Of a DNA stretch of 64,000 nt, positions 11,968-25,000 are shown one piece after another (within the stretch, counting starts at the first letter, position 1; each line of letters begins with the position of its first letter). The DNA comes from Hyphochytrium catenoides (taxonomy: Eukaryota; Protista; Hyphochytriomycota): contig FLMG01000893.1 in NCBI GenBank assembly GCA_900088475.1, positions 1 through 64,000 on the forward strand. Reading direction: 5' to 3'. Under the pieces are notes generated by a model. That model had not been told where the DNA came from. It searched no databases and saw only the letters and a program-made list of their open reading frames with translations. The position numbers were made by a program, and so were the translations under genes.

Positions 11968-14123
11968 ATGAGGATCTACGTCGGCGGCTTCCCCGCCGAG
12001 GTCAAGGAGGCTGACCTCCAACAACTTTTTGGGAAGTTTAAAAGCGTGGGGTTGGAGCAAATCGAGGTCATCCCACACAAACTTAATCCGGGGCTTTCGA
12101 GGGGCTTTGCGTATGTCACTTTCCGAAGTGATGCTGCTGCTGCAGTCCAGAAGGTTATCACCGCTTACAACGGATCTAAGTGGAAAGGAGGGAGGTTGAG
12201 GCTCGAGCCGGCTGGACCCAACTACGTTGAAAGGCTAGCACTAGAAAAAGCATCGGCTGGTAGGTGGTACGGTGCAACAAGACGTTCCACAATCGAAAGC
12301 CTCATATAAGCTGTTTGCTCCTCCTACCCTCTCTCACAGCGCAAAAAAGTACAGAACAGCCCCAAGCTTCCGCCAATAAAGGAGAAGATCCGCGGACGGA
12401 TTCTGCACATCTTGAAGCGCTGAAAACCGTGAAGATCGGGATAGGAAACAAAGGAAGTAAAACCTACCTCATACTCCCTCTAGAGCCTGTAGAAGTGAAG
12501 GGTTATGAAGGGCTGAGCTCCACGTTGGCACCAAAGAAAGGAAAGAAGAGGCAAAACACCCAGTTATCAGGAACGGCGAAGAAGCTGCGAACGTTTTGCT
12601 CTATCGATTCTAAACCCCTGCGACGCCTGCAGTGGGACGTTGACCCGGAAGAACAAACCGAAGGAGAGAACGATCAAGCAGAACAGCAAGCCAGCTCGGA
12701 AAGCGAGACAGAAGAAACTGAACCTCAAAATGATAATGGTGTAGATCTCGCCGAGGTAGAGTTCAATTGGGACGATGGGGCTGGAGAAGAAGGTGCAGGA
12801 GCCGACGAGGAAACTATCAGCGCGGAAAGTGCAGATGAGCAAGACGAGTCAGCAGTGAATGACGGTAAAGAAGAGAGTGAGAAGGAGGCTTTAGAAGACT
12901 CTGATGCTGGAAGTAGCTCAGCTGATGAGTCTTTAGATGCGAAGAAGCATCTCTCCCTCAAGGAAACTGAGATCCTGCATCGCGACGGAAGGCCCGACAG
13001 TAGAGAGAAGGAGCCTGTCTCTCCTAAAGATGAGGAACGGATTGACGCCGGAGATGAAGAAGCCTTTCAGAAGGGCTTTGAGGAGGAAAGAAACAGGTCC
13101 TTGAATGTTTTAGCCTCACTTTTTCCGGAAGAAGCAAGCAAGACAGAACCGCCGCTAACACATACGGAAGAAGCTGGTGCGTGGTACCACTCATCCCATC
13201 GCTACACTGCTGCCCTATATCTGTGCCGTCTCTTGTGACTGTTACGGCTCCTCTTTCACCCTGCTCTCCTGGTCAAATAGTCTCTGCCTGGGCGATTGCC
13301 CACTTTATTATCTGTTCGCTCTAACATTTGGCCCTCTCTCTGTCCGCTCCCCTGGCCTGCAACATTTGGAGCAGAGATAAACATCCGTCGGAATCTTTTC
13401 AAGAGACCACTTCACGGTGCTGGGCTTGCCAGCTTGAACACACAGTTTCGCCGATATGATCCTACGGCAGACGATGCTAGCACCTATGAATTGTCTTCTC
13501 ATATGGAGGAAAGCATAAGCCAAGTACAAGGGGAAGAGAAGGGAGAGGAAAAAGAGATAGAGAGTACAGAGCCTAAAGATATTGCTTTCCAGCAGAACGA
13601 TTCTGCCTGGAACACGGAGTCCAGCGAGCTCAAAACCATCTTTGGGCGGTTTAGAATGACCGATGGAGAAAAGAAGAGCGTTGAGGAGAAGAAGCAGGAG
13701 GCGAAGCAGATTGAAAGCTTCTCTTTGGCCTCTTTATTTACCTTCGCTGAGGATCCTAAAGAAGAGCTATTGGGCTCTTCAGAGGTGCAAAGCAGCGTAC
13801 AGAAGCTTGTCGACGCGGAGACCATGTTTGAGGTCCCTGGCGAAGAGAATCGATACACAGAGAAGAGCCCTGGGAGCGATGATACCTCGAAGGGTGACAA
13901 TGATGGCGTTTTGCCGGAAATCGAGGATAATGTAGTGTACGACCTTGAGGCGCTCCTCGACTCGTTCAGGAGAAGAGAGAGTATGGAAGCCATTGAGCAG
14001 CACTGGCTAGAGAAGCGGAGAGGTTTGACGCAGGACTACAAGCGCAAACACAAGCAGGCCATTCGCGCGAGAAGGGGCATGAGACCTACCCGCCACATCG
14101 TCGTCCAAGGCTCGACTGCCTAA
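11968..14123 (+). CDS. NOL8: NOL8-like nucleolar RRM protein (3 exons)
   Basis: N-terminal RRM (RIYVGG, RGFAYVTF, YNGSKWKGGRLRLEPA), long acidic middle, C-terminal HWLEKRRGLTQDYKRKHKQA motif. Confidence 0.75.
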
Positions 14124-14893
14124 TTAAGGCAACTATGACAGCCTCTGATGAGTGAGCTTCGCGAATTCTTTCTATCCTCTGCCTCCAAAAGACGGACGAC
14201 CTGCCGTTCCGGCCTTCTGGCTGGCCTCTATTTATTTACATACAGACGACCACACGTCGCGTTGTGATGAAGACCTTTGCTTCTTTCTTGCTTTTTTGTC
14301 AATCTAACTGTATACTGGGAGGCGGGGATAAACCTGCCTGACTATATTCCCTTTGTTAGGAGGTGCCACAGGCTAACTTAAGACCATCTGGCGCGATGTT
14401 ATGGTGGATATCAGTAGGGGCTTGCCAAAGATAATGGCTGAGTCCATTACTGGCTGCACCATGCGATAGAAGACTCTCGAGAGTTTTCTGCTTCCTCATG
14501 CCTCAGCGGAGATGCCTGACGTAGTAGAGACTTTATCGAGATACTCTGATAGAGAGTGGAGATGGTCTGACCGAGCCCATTGGCGATAAGCTTATACCCG
14601 GATGAGTTTCATTATTGCGCTTCTCAGAAATAAATGGCCATTAGTGACATTTCTTTGTTCCTGAGGCTGCAGAGAGCCTCCCTGAGGGCTCATTAGTAGT
14701 GCAGATCAAGGCTCAAACCATGCCACTTTCCTTGTGCCGTTAGCGCGAGATAAGTAGAGCGAAACGATTCATCTGGCTCCCAGCGTTTCGAAGTATAACG
14801 TCGTGTTGTTTCTCAGCTCGCTCTGCTGGCAAGAAGTCATGTTGGGGTCTACTTATAGTAGATACGCTGCCGCAGGGAGCTCTCCTTAGCAGG

Positions 14894-16541
14894 TCATCCA
14901 CGCCAGATACTGCTCCCCTTTCTCGACTGTGAAGCTTTATCTCCATCTTTTGGTAGGGGCCTATACTTTCGAGGCGGGAAAGAAGCTCGAAGCGTATCCT
15001 CGCCCTTCAATCCCTCAGCCGCTAAAGAGGTTTGAGACACGTGCCGAAGCAGATCATGCTCTGTCAGACGGTCATAAGGAAGAAATAAATAGTTGCTGTC
15101 GACGTCCTTCAAACTTTCCCCGCTTGATCCAGTCATCTCCCAGAGTTGGAAATCGTCACTGCCAGTGGTGCGACAAGAATGCTGATCGCAACTCGGAGAA
15201 TTCATGTCTCGATAGAATTCCAGTTCTACCGTCCTATATGTCTGCCGCTCTGAAGCTGTCCAGTCTGTTTTAAATCTGCTCTCTGCCAGCGACCTGGCTG
15301 ACCTTTCTCTTGGCTTTGATGCTGAGCCGTAGAAAGAACTCGTGCGAAAGTAGATGGTGGAGTTGATGAAGCCATTTAGTGGAAGCAGTATCTGAGTGTG
15401 CAAGTGTAACGAAGTAAGTGCCAGGTTAAATGTCAGGTTAATCGGGATGTACGTCCAGAACTGGATACCAATCGAAGTCACAAGGTAAGATGTGGAAGGG
15501 GAGGATCAGACAGAGGCAAGAAGTGAAGAAGCGAGAGGAGAAGGTGTCGATGAGATCTCACCGCCACTGCCACTTGAAGCTCGTAAGAGGGCTTCTTCAT
15601 TGCGAGCTGGTAGATGCGGTTAGCTGTAGCCGGGATCCAGCACAGCAAGAAGGCCAGGAGATATAGGTTTGTCTTGAAGAAGTAACTAGTATTCAGCTGC
15701 TGAAAGACCTGCTGCTGCTGCGTATTCGGAGAACCTTCAATCCACCTTAAGAGGGCAGTAACACGTGTCAAATTGAGGTGAGGTACAACTAGCAGATGTA
15801 TCAGCTGGTAAACTATCATCACCTGCGTGTCACACCGTAGACAATCCGACCGACCCAGACATAGGAAACGAGCACGATGCAGAATACGATCCAGAGCGGG
15901 ATGTATAAAATATAAAGCCGGAACTCCATATATGCAGGGGAAATCCAACACCAGAGATCTGCCGAACCGTAGAATTTCTGGCCATCTCTGAACTCCAGAA
16001 GCGGGAGAAAATAGATTGCTGACCAGAGGAAGTTGAAGCCCCAGATAAACAGGTGATAGTAAGGCTCATAGACAGCAAGATCCTCCTTAGACTTGCTTTT
16101 GACGGTTGAGAGGAAGAGATTGACAGCGAGCGCACCGGTCCAAAGTGTAGACTAGTAAGCAGCAGCACGGGTAGCGAGTGTCAATGACTTTCAAATGATT
16201 CTCAAGTGTCAGAAGGATTTGCAGAAAACATTTTACTCAGTAGCTTTCATGCTAATAGTAACACTTACCGCCAGGAGAAAGTAGTTAACTCCAAAGCCCT
16301 GAACCTGGCATAGGAGACTGTCGCTGCCGTAGAGCGTGAAGCCAGACCTACTTATTATCAGGCAGCAGGAGCATAAGCAGTCAGCCACTGCCAGAAAGAA
16401 GATGAGCCTGTTGGCAGTGCTGTCGAAGTGGCTTCTGTTCCTTAGGAAGGATATGATAATCGCCAGGGTACCCAGTATAGACAACGCAGAGCAAACCCCA
16501 GTAGAGATCTCTAGGACCCAGTATTGCGTTTCGGTGTACAT
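14894..16541 (-). CDS. cAMP-receptor-like/GCR1-type 7TM G protein-coupled receptor
   Basis: TM1 SALSILGTLAIIISF, NRLIFFLAVAD, LCQVQGF, YLLAFLLCWIPATANRIY, LPLNGFINSTIYF; multiple GT-AG introns. Confidence 0.82.
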
Positions 16542-18758
16542 AGAAACAACCATCGCTTATGCATAAGGAAGATGTATTGACTGCGGCCCCTGGGGTGATA
16601 ACAAGCAAACCGTCATATGCGTCTGATGTCGTTCCTTAGCGTCATCTCTCACTCCCCTACTAAGGGCCGCTGCAGTCATTGACCAGACGCCAAGCAAAGC
16701 AGCAAAGAGAGAGAATGGCATAAGTAATAAGCCACTTTAGAGCCCAAATTGCTTCCTTAACCCCGCAATGACCAGTCGAGAAGCATGACTGGTTACTCAA
16801 GCAAGTTCAGTTTCGATAGACGGAGCTGCGAGGAGAACCATGCTCGTCCACTCCCCTTTAGTAACACTGATCTTTTAACGCAACATGACGGGATGAAGGT
16901 TCATTGAAGCTCATTCGGCCAGGAAAAGCCTGAGTGCACAGTCAACAAAGAGAAAGGACCTTTAACTCAGATGCTCAGTCCTCTTTGGTCTGATGCTCTC
17001 ATTTCTCTCCAAACAAAGTGGTCCACAACTCTACTACTGCCCGGGACTTTGCAGGGTTAGGCAGCCTGGATGGACCAAGCGCTACAAGGGAGTACCACGG
17101 CGCCGGTGATACTCCAGGTGTTTTGGCGCGTCGCCTCTTGCTGAAAGCAAGATTTAGACTTCCTCCAATTGGCCAATTGGTAGTGTACCTGTACGTTATT
17201 TATTCTAACCATTTTAACCACCTCAATCAGTCGATGAGTCCCTTCAGCAGATGTCCTCGACCGCAGCAGAACCGCCACTATTTTGGTCCTTTCCTCCTAT
17301 TTGTCCATGTTTCAACCGGTGTACAATAGGCCATGAGGGAGGTCTGGCCACGCTAGAGTCTCACTCTGTCTTCCACCTTTATTTGTCTTCCGTTTCCCAT
17401 TCTGAAGAACAAAGGGCTGAACTGGGTTGACAGTTCTGTCTTGTCTCGCGTCTTAGTCTTAGCCTGTCTGGCTCTGCAAAGATCCTTTTTTTCTGTCGTT
17501 GCCGCTGCCCTGATGACGCCACCATGTCTTTCTCTCAAAATTGAACCTTGAAATGTGAACTGCCTGGTTCTGTCGGACCGTTCTCACATTCAGGCGAGTA
17601 GGGAGACCTCCTAGTTCTACCAGTGGCATCACTCTTTGTTGTAGGGCTGCTGTTCTATTCCATGCCTGGCAGTATTGGACTTCATCAGAGCGCTCACTCA
17701 ATCAGACCCACTCCGTGCCCGAAGGATGTCAGAGTCAACAGTCAACTCATAGTGCGAAGAGGATCTCACACCTTACATGTACATGTGTCAGTTCTACTGC
17801 CACAGTCCAGACCGCTGACCGCTGGCTTAGGATACTACTGTCTGTTCTCTACTCACTATTACTGTTTTTGAATACAAAACACTTGCACTGGATGGGACAC
17901 TACTGTTTTGCCAAAGAAGGGCGGGCTATCTTCAGGTCTCCTCACGTACTTGAGAAGACTCGGAATCGTACATTGCGCAGGGGACGATGACGGCGACCGT
18001 CGTGTCACACATATAACTGTAAAGTTCTATCCTACGCATACTTCTTGAAACAAGCGGTAGCGGTGTCCTCCTTGGATTCGGTGAACTCAGTGCGAGGCGA
18101 CGACTTCGTCTGTTTCAGATAGTCGTCGTTGGCGTTGGCGCTGTCCCTATGGGATGGACCATGAATGTAGAAGGAGGCTAGCCAGCCATTCAACGCCACA
18201 ATTCCGACCTTCCCTCATCGAGCTGTGCTTTGAGGAGGCTGGGCTGCCGAGGCGGGAGGAATGCTCTTGCTTGCCTCAGGCATAACACCAACAACATCAC
18301 CCGCTCTCAGGGTGTGGACAACATGAAATCGTCTCCGATGTTTCCGCTTTTCCATCTTCGATCCCAGACTTAATCTTTTGCCCATACAATGTTTGTGCAA
18401 GTAGACATACCGCGCCTTGAGATGCTTGTAAGCAGCGATGCTAGCTATTTACGCACGAGGAAGAGCTGGTTTAAGAAACAGTTTGCACTTTGCACTCTAA
18501 CGCTAAGTCAAGGAGGCGTTATCAGCTTCTTTTGTTCTCTCTCGTTAGGATGTTGCATAATGTTACTTTAGGTGTGTAAGGACGAAAAGAAACCAGCATG
18601 GGACATTATTTATTGAGATCGTCAAGTCCAGGGGCCTACAACTCTGCATTCTTCTAGGGCATATGCGCCGATAGTGGTCATGCTTTAGGCATTGGGGCCA
18701 TTGAAAATGACGGTGAGTGATAGAGAAAAACTTAGAAATGCCCCTAGAAGCATCTAAT

Positions 18759-21347
18759 CTATGAAGGACCACCACTACCATCCTCGCAGGCCATCATCTC
18801 GTTATAAGTCTGTCGCAGATTCTCAAGTTGCCTTGAGTGCAGGACCCCCTCAAGAGAGAGGTTGGTGAAAGCAGGCCGCTCTTGATCTCTCTGATAATTG
18901 ATAACAGCAAAATCAGCTTCGACGGTTGCTGGCCCCGGCACCGCAGTGGCGAGCCCTGCCGCAAAACGCAGCAGGTGGGGGAAGCGACAACCTAGAGGTC
19001 GCCACGATAACTGAAAATCACCCTGACTGCTCTCGGAAGCCTTCCTCAGCGCTGTTTTCAAGTTGCAGTCCTCCGATGTCAGTTGCTGCATTGTCTTAAA
19101 CTCGTTATTGAAGCCTTGATCAACGAGGGTACTTGGAAACGAATGTCTCAGCCTTTCCTCGTGCTCGCTAAGTAACTCCGTGAATTCGATTAGAGGGAGG
19201 GCTGCAAGAGATAGTGGCAGGACTGGGGGAGCAGCATCCGTCTTCTCTCTGATTCTTGTTTCGCGACCACAAGAAGCTAGTGACGCTACGGAGTATATTG
19301 CTTGAAGGTAAATGCGGGACAAGACCTTCGTAACCTCAGCCCTCTCGTCAAACTCCAGACGGCTGGCCATTCGTATCGTGAGGATGCTATTTCCTCTAAT
19401 ATGACGCTCGGCTTCATTGTGCCGTATCGTGAAGGGTCCAAACCTCATTTGTTCTCCACGACTAGCATCCTCCTCCTCCAGTACCAGTGTATCGGAGTTT
19501 GCATCAAGAGGAACGCCATTTTCACGAACAGCGCCGATAGCTGAAACCAGTTCACCAATGAGACTACCCATAATCGCTGTCTGCTGTCGGAGAGTAATGT
19601 TCGTCCCTCGCAACGAAGCGCTGCTTGAGTGGAACATGTCCAACATCTTGTGAAGCATCACAAGAGTCAACCACCACTGTTCTGACGGAGCCCCAGCCAA
19701 TCTATGATCACTGAGGTATCGCTTGACGCGCTCACGGTTGTTCATATACCACGAGGATACTTGCCAAAGGGAAGACGCCTTGATGTAGTGAGGAGGTTTG
19801 CTCTTCATCTCTGAAATGAGGTCCTGCTGGTGTCGCAGGTATCCAGTCAAGGTTGTCAACGTTGTCATGAAATCATCTGGAACCTGGTCAATAGCGGCTT
19901 TTAACGCCAACTCAAGTTGATGAGCGCCACACCACACTCGAAGAAGCGCCTTAGAAGCTACGTCTTGGATACGAGAAGTGATCTCTTTACGCACTTCAGT
20001 CATTGACCCTGGTCCGTCCGTAGTCACACCAATGAGCTTTACCTTTCAATCCACATCCAATGACGAGAATGTCGCAGAGACGGACCTAAACAGTTCCCCT
20101 CCACTATAGTTTGCATACATAGGAATCCCCAGCAAATGAAAGCCATGAATGTCTCCATTGACTGGGACCCGGACTCTTATACCCAGTACACTGACGCCAA
20201 ACGAGTCAGTGAAGGCACCGAGAGAAAATGAATATGTCCAAGCCATGCGCATCATCTCGCCAACCATTCCTAGACTAATAGCACAGGTGATGCCTGCGAC
20301 CCTCGCTACATCAGCCGTCGATACGAATCCGATTGTGGTCAGCTGCCCTAGCTGCTCTTCAGATTGTCTCACAATCTGCGAACACTGGGCAAGCGACAAC
20401 CCACAGCCAAGTAGATCTTGAACGTACCGCAGCTGAAGAAAGTTGGTGATTCTAACATTGTAGGATTGAATGGCCGTTCCCCCATGTGATCCTCCGTCTA
20501 CAGCCGAAGATTGAACCTCTTCAAAAATTGAATCCGCTGGGGATTCTACGCCATTATCTTCAGAGTCAAACAAGAATCCCAAGATTATTCTCTCCACAAT
20601 ATCCTTTCCAATGTTAATGGTGGCTGCTTGCTCCTTCTTAGACAATATATATGCGTTGACGTATTCAGGGGTAGAAGATGTCTTGAAGAAAGTCCTATAA
20701 CGATTGGCCATAGGCAAGAGCAGTGCCGAGGAAGTATTAGCTGCTGTGGAGTTCCGCTCCTGGAAATGATTCTCACGGAGCTCCAGATACTCCTTCCAAC
20801 GGAGAGGATGCTGCTCCTCTAAGTGTTGCCGGAAATCGTCCGTTCGAAACTTGGGACCGCTCCACGACTGGTGATTGTTACCGTTTCGCCGACGCTTCTT
20901 CCTTGTTCTTCCATTGTCGTCAATGATATCCTTGTCCGCTTCAAGGTTCCTCGTGGCAGTTCCTGGTGGCGACGAGAGGTCGGCTCTGCCGTCAACCTTG
21001 CTATCAGCTACGCATACTTCTTCTCTTTCGTTATCCGGCTCGAATTCCTCACGACCAAAAGCAACGCAAAAGTGACACAGCACACGTTCTACCCTAGATG
21101 TCCATTCATTTCTTGCCACAACCTTCAAACCATACTCGTCTGCGTAGCTGTCTCTCCAGTCATAGTAAGGCTGCTGCTCGTTAACCTGCGAAGCCATCAG
21201 CAGCAGTCGCAGCAACGAAGCGAGCTGAAGATGGAGAAGAGACTCCCGATGAAGCTCGATCGTGGTCGTGGTGATCGAGGGCTGCTCGTCCTTACGCGGC
21301 GGAGCCATTAGCAGCAGCAGCAGCGAGCAAACAAGCAGCAGCAGCAC
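18759..21347 (-). pseudogene. hAT-superfamily transposase-derived gene, intronless, one in-frame TGA at 20046-20048
   Basis: BED-like CHFC...HLEEQH, TTDG, WCGAHQL (CxxH) and TVEADF motifs. The two ORFs share one frame: SLDVD*KVKLIGVTTDG. First catalytic Asp and the RW motif appear lost; no TIR pair found. Confidence 0.8.
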
Positions 21348-22091
21348 CAGCGGGCAATACGAGCATCATTACTAGCGAGCCAAGGAGGAAAGAACAGAGT
21401 TCTGATCTCTGTCAATGCCCTTGGTGATGAGACAGGATGGCCTTCCTACAAGCTGGGAAGCTGTTGAAGTGGTTTTATGTTGGGTGTCTGACCGCTATTA
21501 CAAAACATATCACGAAATCAAGGGACAGCAGGATTGTACGAGTTCCTGGCCCTGAAGTACTTCACGACTCTAAGTGGCCTGTACACGAGTTTATTTCTGG
21601 AAAGAAGATTGTCACCCAAAAAAAGTGGAAGATTAGAGGAGGACGAGGAGCTTGCAGGTGGACGTTAACGGGCAGCTCCGCTGACCAAGAGACGTGAAGG
21701 AACTGAGAGAGCAGCATCTTCATGTCATCAGCAGGTAGATGGCATGGCATGGCATGCATGCAGCTACTCAGCGCGGTCTAGGAGCCTCAATGTGCGACGT
21801 TCAGACCGTCACTGCTCAAGACCTGCAAAGCTTTGTAGGCACGCTTTAGCAAGGCGTGTATGTGCGTGTCTTTTACCCTATTGGTGGCCGCAAGAAAAAA
21901 AGTCTCAGATGCCACACTCTGCTTGGCAAGCAAGGAAACAGGAGAAGGGTATGTTTGCAAACATCCCGCCGAGGACGGAACGCCTGTAAGAACTTCCTCA
22001 CTCATGAAGTGTTAGCCTACTTTGTCGGTGGCTTTAAGCACAGAAGAGGGAAAGGATCTGGCTCAAGGTTTCTGGAGACAATCACTCAGCA

Positions 22092-25000
22092 ATGGGGAAT
22101 GAGTTGGCAACGCTTAGTGCCTTCAGCAAGTATCCCCCATGGGTATCTCCGTTGGCACTATGTAAGTTTCTCCTGCGTCTGCCGGTGTGATAGTTTGTGC
22201 TGGTTATCTCTCCCTCTCCCGCATATCATCGCCCTGTACAGAGGGAGATTCCCGCTGAGTCCTATTATTAGCCAGAAACGCCACCACTTTGCCACAGGGA
22301 CCTCCATCAATTACTAAACACTTCACCCAGGGAATCTGGACCAAGTACGGCGGCTCCGTGAACGCTATAGGCACGAGACAGGATCTCCTTTTGCGCTCTC
22401 ATTGCGGGACTTTTGCCTCATCCTGCGGAATAGATGTCAACCAGAGGCCACGTACAGGCAGCAAAAAGAAGAGGAACAAATCGCTCTAAATCTTCTTTTT
22501 GGCTTTCTGGATGGAGAAAAGCGCGGGCTGGTAGATGCACATGAGCTCCTAACTCTTGCTGCTCTACTTACGGGCTCGCCGCCTGCCGACAAATTGCAAT
22601 GTGAGACAGCGCCTGCTCGCTAGGGAATACCAGCCTTCCAGGAACTTTTTTTAAACATCTGCCAAAAGTCATGTTAGCTTCTTGAGATCCATCTTCTTTG
22701 CGCTTGTGGTGCTCTATTCTAGCCACCTGCACCTTCAGCCTTTAAATGTCGCTCAGATCTGGCCTAATTCATTCTCTCCTTTGTGGACGGCCTGCAGTTA
22801 TCTTCAGCATCTTTGACTTCTTTAAGAAGGAGCAGCTGCCCCAAGATGACGTCATTATGCTTATGCGAACCGCAGCCACCGTGCTCTCAAGGATAGAGCC
22901 TAAGGTATTACATGGGGGATCGAAGGCCATCAGTAGACATGCATTTTTCCTTCGTCTACCTGTTCCGTTTCAGCGCCGGACACCTCTCTGTTCCTGCTAG
23001 GTCGCTCCGTTGTCATAGCTAATAGACCTCTTCAATTTCCTACCCCTGACCATTTCCTATTTTGCATGTTGGCTGCTATTTCCTTGGCTGGTTGCGTTAA
23101 CGGCACTTCGTATGCAAAATGACACTTTCGAATGCTTATACCTCTCAAATTTATTGCCTGGCTTAGATTCCTTGCTACGCAGTAGAAGCTTTTGAGCTGG
23201 AAGCTTCAGAGTTGTATGTTCGACTGCACAAAGACATAGACAGTGAGCTCACGCTAGCGGAGTTCGTAGATTATTGCCTCAAGTCTGAGCCATCTAGCCA
23301 TGTACGAAGACCTTTTTAAAGCACTTCTCCTTTTTCCGGTGGCTGCTTGGATGCCTGTTGTTGTTCTTTGTAGGACCTGCCCTGCCCTGGTGCTGTTGCC
23401 TGTCGCTAACAATACGAGATCCTCTCTTCCCTTCCTATACTCTTGATTTTTCCTGTCACTCTCCGCTTCCCGCATATTTGTGTGTCCTTCCCTCTTTCAC
23501 TGCTTCATATATCCGACGGTTATTCACTATCTCATATTAGTTTTCTTTTAATTGACCAGTCCCGAAGACTTGTTGAATATTTCGATCGCAGCGGACAATG
23601 CTCAGTCATTAATTCACTGAAGTACGTTGATCCCGCCTTCCGGCTCTCAGACGAGTCAGTCAGACTGTCGCTCAAAAGGATCTTTGGTGACAAGCAGACT
23701 ACATCAAATAAGCAGAAGCCTTTGCAGGTGGCCATTGCCAAATTCCGTACTCTGAGACCTGGCTGAGTTCGCTATGGGCTCCCTTATTCTGTCCTTTGTC
23801 TCCTTCGTCGCCTCTCCCCAAAGTGGCAATATCACTTGCGTTCTCAACTGTTAGGTCCCGATGTTGTGCTAACCAACCAAACTTAGATTATACGTCCAGC
23901 GCAGCTGGGAGACGGAAGTACAAGCTACGCCGTCTTTGGTCCGTCAGGATTGCCAACTCCAGTTCTTGGGATGGGTAGGACATTGGCCCTTGTTCCTTTC
24001 TCACATTTTCTCAGGCTGTGGTTATGATTCGTGAAATCCATCTTGTGGCCGTCCACGGCGCTTACTTGCTTGGACTTTTAAGATGTTCGCTGAATACCTG
24101 TACTGTCATGAGAGGCGGTTCCTCCTCAGCTCGCCCCTCACTGCTTGCTGGTGTTCAGTATAGAATAGGGGTAATATTAGTTTTATGCAGGTCCATTGAC
24201 GTCCCCATCCTTTATCAGCGCCTTGAACTTTCTTCTAGTTAGGCCTTCCCTTGTTAGAGGGGCGTTTGTTTCCACTCAGCAGGTTAGTCTTCTTTTGACC
24301 CACCTGGAGAATGCAATGAAAGTTGAGGTTTGTTCATGGTGTGCCAGACCCGAGATTGGAAACATATATATGAGCGAGGAACGCTATCTAACGTCCTCAT
24401 TATGTGGTACTTCATATTCCTTAGGAGAACAAAGGACTCTACGGTGTACGACTCTTTCGAGATGTAGTGGGATGCAACGAGCAGCCAGACGAAAATGTCA
24501 AGCAAGATGATCGCGTAGGATGGCGAATAGTGACGGTGGATGACTTTCTTCCCTTCGATCACGCCTCAGACCCTCTAGGAGCTCACTGCCCGGACTATTG
24601 CGAAGCATGGGTTGGGCTATTAGAAAAGGCAATAGCCAAGGAACTGGGTAATACTCGCTACCTAATGCTGTATCCCTGATAGACTTGATGGCCTCCTTGT
24701 CCCCTAGCGGTACGCTGTGGAAAAGAGATTGCAGTGTTCCGAGGCAATCTAACCCCCGCTTGATCCTTGCTTCCCGACTTCGAATCTCTTATCGCTACAA
24801 ACTCTTCCCAGCTCCTGGTGTGCATTATGTGTTGAATTGTAGAACCCGCTAATGTGTGTGGCCCTTGCGAATATCTTATCGTTATAATCTCTTCCCAACT
24901 CTTGCTGTACATGATGTGAGAGTTGTGTTGCCCTTAATCTTCCATTGACCTGCACCTCTTCGGGCCTCAGGTGGATACGAAGCTTTACACGTCTGCTCCC

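Noticed and set aside
16900-18400. Possible unannotated gene between the GPCR and the hAT-derived gene
   Set aside because: Some exon-like segments exist, but no consistent spliced model or domain could be built.
20046-20048. Genome-wide UGA=Trp reassignment or selenocysteine
   Set aside because: TGA ends COG6, the histidine kinase and TACO1 at the expected positions and Trp is TGG elsewhere. The site aligns to Trp rather than Cys, and no convincing SECIS was seen downstream.
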